Under the pieces are notes generated by a model. That model worked only from the letters and a program-made list of their open reading frames with translations. It made no database searches and had not been told where the DNA came from. The position numbers and the translations under genes were made by a program. Below, piece by piece: positions 1 to 9,706 of a DNA stretch of 64,000 nt. This stretch comes from Bigelowiella natans CCMP2755 (taxonomy: Eukaryota > Protista > Cercozoa): contig ADNK01000461.1 in assembly GCA_000320545.1 (NCBI GenBank), positions 36,769 through 100,768 on the forward strand, read 5' to 3'. Each line of letters starts with the position of its first letter. Positions within the stretch are counted from its first letter, which is position 1.

Positions 1-363
1 TTCCGCGAAATATTATAATTTAGTACAATAAAACAGTCCTTTTGCCGATGATCTTTCAGGTGTAAGTACTTGGGAGTGTGTTGCTAAATCAGATTCAGAA
101 TGGTACTGTCATATTTACGCATAAGAAAGGAACTATTTGAGTTAAATAAAATAACCGCAGGTTTCGTTTGGAAAAGGGATTGGATTATCCTTTGAAATTA
201 AACAATATGAGATATTTCTACAGGTTGTATCGTAGGAAACAGTGAACTAGTTTTGGTTGAATTCAGCTCGTGTGCTGAAGACTGCATGGTCACTGTCTTA
301 CGGATGATTGGTCTCAACAAATGCATGCTCGTTGCGTCAAAAATCCTTTTGTTTGGGTGTTGA
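1..363 (+). CDS. 3' end of a spliced gene, product unknown (partial)
   Basis: cag/GT-bounded segments read GVSTWECVAKSDSE and GCIVGNSELVLVEFSSCAEDCMVTVLRMIGLNKCMLVASKILLFGC, ending TGA 361-363. No family recognised. Confidence 0.4.
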
Positions 364-1480
364 CCTTGTGCAACTATCGCCATTTCTTCAAATTGAAACT
401 CACATCTTGAATGCCATGCACACACTTGCATGGCGAGCCTTGTCATTTGCAGCATTCTGGCATTCAGACATCACATTGCTAGATGTCGGGTGGGGCTGAG
501 ATTGGCCGCAATCGCAAGGGCCAGTTGCGCTCTTCAAAATGAACCAATCACATTTTTTTCTGACTGCGTTGGGGTCGCATCATTTTTCGATGAAAATGCA
601 GACGACCATGCTCATTTCCCCTCCACCCACGCCAGCACGTTCGCTCATTGCAGCGCTGGAGTTTGTGTGCGCGCGTGTGCACGCGCTGCTGAGTGAAATC
701 GATGCAGAATCATGCAAGTGATGCGTGAGAGCATCGCAAAAATGCAAGCGTCATCCACAAACCATCAATGCACATGCGTGCTGAGCACAAGCACGCTCAC
801 AGGTGGCGACGGGCGATGATGTGCACGCAGTGCCATGCACAATGCTAGAATGTGACAATTGCGCGCGCACTTTTTGGTCTAGCGCAGCGAATTTTTGTCC
901 AATTTCGGATTTTTTTGCAGATTCAGAACTGTCATGATCAGCGCTTTGAGGAGGTCTAGAGGTGTCAACCATTTCAATCAACAGCCAGTGCACTTGTTTG
1001 AAAAGTGCTCAAGTTTCAAAAAACCCATCAAAATTGCCATACTGGCGTAATTGTGCACCAAAAACAGCTGTTTCTGGGCGTTTTCATGCATGGTCATTGT
1101 GAAATTTGAGCACTTTGTGCGCGCGCGGTGCATTTTTGCAGTTGAATGCGTGTGCGTCCGCCTCGGCACGCAGAGGAATGTGGGGAAAAGAACAGTGCAA
1201 AAACTCCATTGCAAAAACCCACGAAACCTGCCATGTGCGGGGTTTGACCAAGTTGTACGTGTGATGACGATGCGATGTGTTGGCATCACAAGTCTAGAAG
1301 TGCATGATAGTCGACAACAACATCGGCAGTTTCGATCATGCCCTCGTGCGCACAACGCTAGAACGGCATACGATGTGTGAGGAAGATGTGCGTGCTGCGC
1401 TAGAACTGCATACGATGTGTGAGGAAGATGTGCATGACGCACATCACGCAATGCTAGAATGTCATGTGTGTCTCATCATC
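330..1480. other. TpA-depleted, TpG/CpA-rich island 1 (degenerate non-coding or mobile-element relic)
   Basis: Hand count: 15 TpA in 361-1460, 8 of them in CTAG. No TpA at all in 482-845. CpG abundant. Many spurious Cys/His-rich, Tyr-poor ORFs. Confidence 0.9.
1357..1440 (+). repeat. 42-bp tandem duplication, 2 diverged copies
   Basis: gctagaacggcatacgatgtgtgaggaagatgtgcgtgctgc at 1357 and gctagaactgcatacgatgtgtgaggaagatgtgcatgacgc at 1399. Confidence 0.9.
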
Positions 1481-1550
1481 AACACGACGGTAATACGTTC
1501 TTCCAGATGATAGCATGTAATTTTCTCCAGCAATCCAGTTCTAGACTTGC

Positions 1551-2168
1551 TCATTCATCCGCATCAGAACGTATCTGCTCAAGTTTGGTACCCACAATAT
1601 TGAAAAAGGCAGCAATGGAATCTTCCTCAATGCCATTAACAATCCTTTTCCCCACCTTAACCATCGGTTGTGCTACAAAACCCTCTTCAATCTCAACTCC
1701 ATATCCCTGGACCCATTTCCCCCCATATTCATTTATTATGGCTTCTCCAAGGTAAGATCCGAGCATAGACATCATTCTCTCTGCGCTGCCTTCACGAATC
1801 CAAGTTCTTCTGTTTCGGTCTATCAGATCATCGACATAAGCTACAGAGTCCTCGTCGAGTCCGAATTCAAAATTATTCCCTCCAAAAAGGCGCGCCATTT
1901 TATCAATAACGGCCTGGCTGTTCGCTTCAATTTGTTCTTGCACTTCCTCAGGTATATCAGCGGGAGTTTCAGGGGAGCATTTAACGCCAATAGACCTACA
2001 GCACAAGCACTTTGAGCAAACGGGAGCACAGCTGACAGAATCATGTACCTTCTGTGCCCAGTAGAAGAAGTGAGTGGGCGCCAAGAAACTTGTGCAAATT
2101 TTAAGGGACGTGGCAGTGGATGCTTGTGATGTGATACAGCCTAAAATGAACATTGGTATGTGATTTTG

Positions 2169-2250
<82 letters not shown>

Positions 2251-2407
2251 TATTGGTGAAATATTAACATCTTACCTTCATTCCGACGTATTTTACTTTG
2301 GAACTTGATATGGCACCGCTTGATCCAAGGATCACCAAAAATATGCTCACTGCAACGCAAACTACAGATCGTAATTCAAACCTACTTTTATGATGTGCAC
2401 GAAACAT
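1551..2407 (-). CDS. Bacterial-type DUF protein (DUF3806/DUF6278-like) with bipartite signal plus transit-peptide-like leader; 3 exons
   Basis: Exons 2407-2276, 2140-2049 and 1995-1551 join in frame through GT-AG introns: MFRAHHKSRFELRSVVCVAVSIFLVILGSSGAISS (hydrophobic signal), then KAVSHHKHPLPRPLKFAQVSWRPLTSSTGHRRSIGVKCS (basic/Ser-rich, no acids), then a domain with DEDSVAYVDDLI...MLGSYLGEAIINEYGGKWV...PMVKVGKRIVNGIEEDSI. Family name is from motif recall only. Confidence 0.8.
2171..2250. repeat. Palindromic compound microsatellite (CT)15(AT)15(AG)10 in intron 1
   Basis: Read directly; 2181-2250 is a perfect inverted repeat. Confidence 0.95.
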
Positions 2408-3078
2408 TCTTGTATGCTCTTCCTGGCCTGCCACAAACAGCAACGTGGACACGAGCTAACGGAATCCAGAATTGTGGGATCCGATATGAGGTGGATCACG
2501 GGAGAACCTCGAGATATTTTTGTTTATCAGAAAGGGGTACAAGGGTACTTGGTTTCACATATTTTCTGTACCCCTACGGTAGATCTAGAAATCGCCAAGA
2601 ATGCAAATAATCGTAGCATGCGTTTCCTCCCAGAATACCCCTTCTTACAGATTTATTTTGTGAATACGTAGTAGTCTATTTCCCTGAGGGCCTGAGGGGG
2701 GTGTCTTAAATCCTATACCCCATAATAATTTGTTGCCTTGATGATATGTTTTCATACCTACGACAACATATATATATATGATTTTTGGGCATTAACGAGG
2801 TGGAATCCCCAGCAAAAATGCAAAAATGTTATTGTACCGTACCCCATACATCATAAGCATTTTCCATGACAATTCTTAACAGCGACAACACCGATAGCCT
2901 AACTTCCGAAAAGATATCTGATCGTCACCCCGCGCCGACTCAACAAAGCATACACGTCGCCCGCCTCCACAGCCAACATGCCAACTGACACGGTAAACCG
3001 AAGCTGTGAACCTTGATCCCTGATATATTAAAGCTTTCTAAAGCATTCTTAAAGTGTAAAACAACATTTGTAATTGCA

Positions 3079-3460
3079 GGAAGAGATGGCTCAGATTCTT
3101 CTGCAAGCTGCTGCTCTGATTAGAAACACCGAGGGAAAGAAAAAGAAGCCTTCGCGACAGAGTGGAGTAAAGAAGCGATCACGCAGAACAGCGAGTACAA
3201 GAACAACAAGTGCAACACAACCATCTATTCGAAGTGGGCGAGTTTCTAATAGTAAGAGGCAACGGCTTGCTACCATCCCTCCAGCAGCCCAAGACTCCAC
3301 TCCTGCATCATCATCAGCTTCTACGACATCCTCAGAGCCTCCATCGCCTATTGGTATGGAGCCTCATATAGAGGATCAACGTTTAAGACAAACATCAAGA
3401 CAGATTGGAAGCAGGAGAGCAGGAGCTGTTGAGCTTGGGGCTTGGCTCAGTGCAATGTAA
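3079..3460 (+). CDS. Exon of a low-complexity basic/Ser-rich protein, unknown
   Basis: Acceptor ttgcag| before EEMAQILLQAAALIRNTEGKKKKPSRQSGVKKRSRR (NLS-like). 5' and 3' exons unresolved. Confidence 0.4.
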
Positions 3461-4149
3461 GTTTTCACAATCACAGCGATATGGGTTGTGCTTATGGTGT
3501 TGAAAAATCATTACTCAGGGAAAGAAATGGTCCAACTATTGCCGTGCATTAAGGCATTAACAAAATGAACGAGGTTTTGATTTATGCGGAGGAGGAAGAC
3601 GCAACGTTGCAGGTCGTGACAGCGACAAAACATCCCTGAGTACTCTTGCCACACTTTCGCGTTCAGGAATGATTGGGAAAATAAATCTTCCACAAGTAGC
3701 AAAATTAGTTGGGGCATATCACCTCTCAAACATGTACATATAGCACAGAAGTGGCTCGTAAGAGAAGAAGTAATGAACAGAATGAGCAATATAGGATAGC
3801 GTGAAACAGCCTTCATGTACAAACCAAGTATTTCCTTTGAAAATGTATTCATTATGAGGTAAAAGTTACATCTTTGCTTCACAATATTACGGAGCATGCG
3901 TATCCCATGTATATTGTACAAATTGGGGTTTCAGATGCTGCTAGTGCGTAGTACTATGCGGCGTAAGATGGAACCAAATTATATGCATTTGCTCGCTCTT
4001 TAATTCCAATCAAAGCTGCTCTGAAATTTGTGCGTGCAAGCAAAAGTTGTGAGGCATTTTCTCTAATTCTTGCTTTATGGGCCGATGCATACAGTGCGCA
4101 TATTTTATCATCATGTACATGTACACTTGTACACATGCGCATATGCTCA

Positions 4150-4945
4150 CCTAGTCATGCGCTTCATGAGGATCTAGGGATGGCCATTGTACAAATTTAA
4201 TTCAAATAATTCATTACATCCGTCGCTACATACATGCACTTTCACAGCACACATGCATGCGTGCACATTTTAGACATTTTAAATGGTCTAGTGTCTAGTG
4301 CAAAGTGGTGTGACTGTATGTACGCATCGCACGTGATCGACACGCGTATATATGTAGTACTGCTACCATAAATTCTAGAATTATTAGAATTAGCGGTTCG
4401 GAGCGTAATTCGAATTGTATCATTGCTAGCGTCAACCGCGCAAGTTCGTGTAAACGTGTCTCTAACTCGTTAAGCAATTTTGGAGTACATCGCTGGACGC
4501 AACCTCAGCGCAACTATTACAACAGGACTTTCTGGGCGCGCATGTCGTGGCTGTGTCTAGCTGCGCGTGCGCTCAACATTTACAAACTAACACAGAATTA
4601 AATAAATTCATTTGGACAAGTAACAATTAACCCTGCTGTTGCTAGCTAGCAACTGCGCGCATTTTATAATTTGGCACGACAAAATAGGCATATCCTGCCA
4701 CAGACTATGTGTACGTATATAGCTCTAGAGCTAGCTAACACTAATGTAGAGCTAACCTAGTAACATGCATGTTTCTAGCATGTTTGTTCGCTTGAATTGA
4801 CACACTACAGACTACGATACACGCGCTGCATGTGTGCGATGCAAGCACCTACACTATGAGCCGTAGTGTCAACCAAAAACATATGCCATGTGGTGCGTGC
4901 GCCATATAAACGGCTACGTACTACACGCCAACTGGTCTAGTTTCT
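4150..4945. other. CTAG/TGCA/CATG-rich intergenic tract
   Basis: About 14 CTAG in ~800 bp by hand count; lies between gene 3' ends. Confidence 0.7.
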
Positions 4946-4950
4946 CGCTC

Positions 4951-5847
4951 TCACGTATCAAATTGTGCAACATTTACACTTGACGAAATTTCTGCTACTT
5001 TTTCTCTTATTTTAACTGCCAATGAAGCAGATGATTTTGACAACTTTTCGTTGTTCCTATTTTTTATCGTCATTCCATTATGTGTCTTGAGGCGCTTGAG
5101 CGAAAGCTCGTACGTAGGAATCAAATGAATAGTCGGCCAAGGAGATCTGTTAGCAATGTGAGACATAAATGGCAGCCCCTTTTCCAAACAATGCTGAAAC
5201 TGGGGTGACCCGTCGTAGTGTGTTTCGTTTAATCTCGGATGAAAAGAGATCATGCTTATTGCTCGCAAGGCTGTACTTTCCTGTAAGATGTCGTGAATCT
5301 GGCGTTCCGTATGATTTAACGAGCTCCTATTATCTTCCAGCTGTTGACGTAATTCAACCTCTAAAGCATGCCCTACTCTCCAAGCTTCGATTTTCGACAG
5401 CAGTTCCGTGTTAACAAATCTTTTGAAGCATGAAGGATTTTCTTGGAATCCCCTCAGTCCGGGAATGACAACCATTGCATGAGGTACATCATTATTTCCC
5501 ATTCTAGCACGGACATCCTTTGCAGCCATTTTCACTGTGTTCGTGACCCTAGCAAGTAGATCCGGGGCAAACTCTGAGCAACTTTTTCCCTCTCTTCGAT
5601 GATCTAATCTTCGCCTCTCAGCTTCACCGTCTGAGTGTTTACAGACCACTATTTCCAGACTGCCGGTGGACACGTAAGGGCAAATATTGTAACGAGCAAC
5701 ACATGATCGAATCCATTTTTCAGTCATCTGCTCTACCTCTGACATAGTTTGCGGACAAAGGGTATAATGTGCAGCTCTTCCTTTCTTTATGTGGGAGGCA
5801 AATGGAAAGGAAGAAATAAATCTTTTGAAGGAACGTGGAGAAGACAT
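4951..5847 (-). CDS. DUF1415-family protein, intronless, with an N-terminal organellar (mitochondrial-like) leader
   Basis: 298-aa ORF from ATG 5847. Motifs TEKWIRSCVARYNICPY, MISFHP, IANRSPWPTIHLI and IKNRN match the DUF1415 pattern (W...V.GLNLCPF, SFHP, NRSPYP.LHL, ERN). Confidence 0.8.
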   Translation of the reverse strand: MSSPRSFKRFISSFPFASHIKKGRAAHYTLCPQTMSEVEQMTEKWIRSCVARYNICPYVSTGSLEIVVCKHSDGEAERRRLDHRREGKSCSEFAPDLLARVTNTVKMAAKDVRARMGNNDVPHAMVVIPGLRGFQENPSCFKRFVNTELLSKIEAWRVGHALEVELRQQLEDNRSSLNHTERQIHDILQESTALRAISMISFHPRLNETHYDGSPQFQHCLEKGLPFMSHIANRSPWPTIHLIPTYELSLKRLKTHNGMTIKNRNNEKLSKSSASLAVKIREKVAEISSSVNVAQFDT

Positions 5848-6237
5848 TTGGATCTATGAAAGGGTTTTCCCTCCTCCTCTTCCTCCTCCGCTACTATTCT
5901 CCTGCGCACCAGTTGTTGTCTTTGTTGTTGTCATTTTGGATTTTTTATTAAACCAATAAAATCCAATTTCGTCTTTTCCTTCTTTCTCTTTAACTGTTGT
6001 CGTAACAGTGTTTCTTGTTTGGATATATCTGTACAAGCAGTAGAAGAAGTAGTATCTAGATCTAAATATATCGACAACTATCTCACCACCACCAATTACT
6101 TACTATTCGTACTACAGTATCGTTGTCGTTAACTACTTACTACCTACCTCCATTACCAACCATCATAGTAGGGAAGAAGGAGCGAGCTCACACGAAAACA
6201 GAACTCATAACTATTGAAGCTCCGAGAATCACTAACA

Positions 6238-9099
6238 ATGCTCGGAGACAACCCCTCCTTCGACCATTCCCCCACAATCAACAACGCTCTTGCATCTTCA
6301 AAGAATCTTAGCTTTTCCCACATTCCCCAAGATGACGTACAAGAAGGAAAAGATCAACTTCTAGACCTTGATGAACATGGAAACCCTAAGAGAGAACCGG
6401 TTGTGACCTTTGTGATCTTTTCTAAATTAACTTGAAGTTGGTTGAAACACATTAATTGCAGGGTACAGCCGGAATGTTCTCTTGCATCATGAATCTAAGC
6501 AACACAATACTCGGAGGTAATAATAATCCTTATTTTATTCATGAAATTATGGTGTAACTCACAACATGCGTGGATGAACGTGACGAACAAGAAAAGGCTA
6601 GTGCTTACTGCTGTATTTCTCTGATATATGTTCATATTCATGAAGCTGGAATGCTGGGTCTACCTCATGCTTTCGCTTCCAGGTAGTAGATTTATTCGCT
6701 CATCATGGTTATATTGCCTTCCTAATTTGAAATTTAATTTACCAGTGGATACTTGCTTGGATCAATTCTATTATTTGTCTTTGCGCTCCTAAGTGGTTTC
6801 GGTAAAATACTACTAGTTGATACCTACCTTTGTTTATGCTTCAAAGAGATAATACTGATGCTACTACCACTGCTACAATTACGAAAATGTTAGGGTTATA
6901 CCTTTTGGCAAATATATCCGTGGATCATTTCTCTGGTGATATCATTTCTTCGTTCTATTACTAATGATTCTAAAAAAAATCCTGCAAATTTAGAGAAGCG
7001 CAATGCTACGTTCTACAATGTTGCAACGAAAGCCTTCTCACAGGTATGATGATAATGCACTTTGCTTCAAGATCTAGAATTATTGTTTCGATGGTATGTA
7101 TGTATGTATGTAGGGCGCGCTAGTTATTGATGTTGCGGTAGCAGTCAAGTGCTTCGGGGTTGGAACTTCTTATCTTATCGTCGTCGGGTTGCAGAAATAT
7201 TTTTCGAAAGATGATAAATGCACCCTAGTTTTACATTTCTCCGTATCGCTAAAATATACAGGGATCTCTTGCCGAAAGCATTCAGTTCAATGGGAGCTTG
7301 TAATATGTGCTCACAATCTAATTATTAAAATCTAATCATACGCTTATGTTGCCATGATTTTTCTTCATATGTGTCAATCGAACATGGTACTACTGTTCTC
7401 TGTGTAGCTGGTATCATTACAGATCGGAGATTTGTCATAACCCTTTTAATGGCTGGGGTGGTAGCACCGCTTTGCTGTCTTAAAAGTAATAGTATATCGT
7501 TTCTGTATAGAAATTTTTGTGCATGTGAAATAATCATTCGGGCAGTTTTATTGAAGAGTATATGCGTTTGAATTTTTAATTCCTAATATTCTATCTCCAG
7601 AACTTGATGCACTACGATTTACCAGCACGCTTTCCATTGGATTCGTTGTATTTGTGACCTGCATTGTATTCGCATATGCTGTATCCCCAGATTTAAAGGT
7701 TAGTGCCAAAACATATGAGAGAATGTGGCGGGAGTGGTATTTGACAGCATAGATTCTATTTAGATCGATCCTGAAGATGTTGGCCCAACACAAATGGTGA
7801 TAGGAAATGACGATACCTTCAAAATCTTGACAATATTCATTTTTGGGTAATGCATTGATCACCTAACTTGGTCTACTGTTGCTTTAAGTAAACACTCTAA
7901 GTAAACATGCTATCAACTTATTTTTCTTTAGGTATACATGTCATCAAAATATATTCTCAATCTGTAATGAGCTGAAAGACCTTAATAAACCCAGAATAAA
8001 TACTGTCATTGTTTCATCAAGTAACTCACTCATTCAACTATGTGATCTGTTGATGATCTTATTTCTGAGTGAATAATAATTCTAGTTTCTAGCGCACTAT
8101 TTGTGTATTTGGTCATCGCTATCTCTGGGTATGCAACATTCGGTTCAAAGGTAATGCCAAAATGAGCATCACCATCATCATCCTCATTATATCGTCGTCG
8201 TTGTTTTGTGTAGGTATCTGGAGATGCACTTGAAATGTATCCAACCACGCCACTCTTGACAGTTACGAGGTGTTGGTACACAATATGACAAAGAAGAAAA
8301 ATAGAAAAAGGAGACGACAACAACGACAATGACGTGAAATATGTTCTTGTTTGAAGAGCATTGTTTATTTCGTAGGGTATTCGTGGCAATTCTCGTTGTA
8401 TGCAGTTTTCCTCTGCAGGTTGCTTGACCATGAACCATATGTCTTTATGGCCAAGGGGCTGAATCCCTCTATTGTATCCGAGTGTTGCGTGTGTGTGTGT
8501 GTGTTTGTGTGCGATGTGTGTTTCATTCGATGTGAACGTATTCACCATAATTTGATTATCATATTTTAGTGTTTCCCATGCCGACATAGTACTGAACAAA
8601 TTGTCACTAGTATCCTCGGCGCACCAGAGGTATAGATTTGTATAATGGGGCTTGAGTAATCTCGTGACAGCAACTTTCGACATATTTACCACAGAGCGAT
8701 ATGATTAAGCAACGTCGCTGGTGGATCATTACAGCTTGTATTTGCATTTTGGCATGGTTTATCTCTATGGTTGTCACTAGTCTCGGTAATTCTTGATATG
8801 TAGGAAACTTTGCGTTTCATTTTCTACCACAAAGACACATTAACTTAAATCAATTATTTCTTCAAGGATTGGTACTTTCAGTGGTCGGAGCCACAGGATC
8901 CACTACAATCAGTTATATTTTGCCAGGTAAGATCCTTTTTGTGTGTACAATTTGCAACTACTAATTATTCGTTTTAGGTTTCGTTTACTATTCCTTACAA
9001 AGAGAATGGTCGATATTGCGTGTTCTCGCGTTTGCTCAATTTGTATTGGGATGCATTATTATTCCTTCAGCACTCACATTTATATTCTTGTATCAGTAA
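6238..9099 (+). CDS. Amino acid/auxin permease (AAAP, SLC38/AVT-like) transporter, multi-exon
   Basis: Spliced exons: GTAGMFSCIMNLSNTILG, GMLGLPHAFAS, FVITLLMAGVVAPLCCLK, LDALRFTSTLSIGFVVFV, VLSVVGATGSTTISYILP, FVYYSLQREWSILRVLAFAQFVLGCIIIPSALTFIFLYQ*. Confidence 0.88.
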
Positions 9100-9128
9100 A
9101 AATCTGATCTAAATGAAATGAGAATTTT

Positions 9129-9192
9129 GCTATGAAATCAAAACCTTATTGTAAAACATGGCTATGAAATCAAAACCTTATTGTAAAGCATG
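9129..9192 (+). repeat. 32-bp tandem duplication just downstream of the transporter stop
   Basis: gctatgaaatcaaaaccttattgtaaaacatg at 9129 and a copy with one mismatch at 9161. Confidence 0.9.
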
Positions 9193-9706
9193 CATGGATG
9201 TATACATATGTTAAAAATGTATTACAGCTCATATTTCTCTAACGAGCGACACTTCAATGCCATATTTGTTTATTTGGGAAGGAATACTACGTCTAAGCTC
9301 TAAGATTGTGCAAACAAGCATTTATTACGCGCGTAAGAAAATTAAAAAGTAGCGTTTTAATTTATGATACCGCAATACGTGTTCGCATCAGCGATGCAAA
9401 CTGTCCATGCCATATACAATGGGTTTGTCTACTATTGCACGAATATACACGAGTGTGATCACTATTTGCTAGCAAAGCGTATATTGCACATGAGGAATGT
9501 GCTAAATGCATGTGTTATGATTTCTTTATGCCTGTGAATGTTGATTAAAGTTCAGTTAGTGTGAATTTAATTAATTGGCTTCACTTTGCCAAATGATATG
9601 TGGTAGCTACATAGGCCAATTATAATGAATCGAAATCATCATGATGCGATCTTGCATGAGCTGATATTATTTTAGATTAGTCTAGGCCGCAATGCAATCG
9701 CCCCGA

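Noticed and set aside
1357-1440. Short direct repeats (42, 32 and 56 bp units) as a CRISPR-like array
   Set aside because: Head-to-tail copies with no unique spacers, eukaryotic context, no cas genes.
198-1510. Dense overlapping 60-157 aa ORFs on both strands in island 1 (same in 17821-19824 and 21705-22254)
   Set aside because: By-product of TpA loss removing TAA/TAG stops. Translations are Cys/His-rich, Tyr-poor and show no family motif.
8030-8692. 220-aa minus-strand ORF
   Set aside because: Antisense shadow across exons and introns of the plus-strand amino-acid transporter; no motif.
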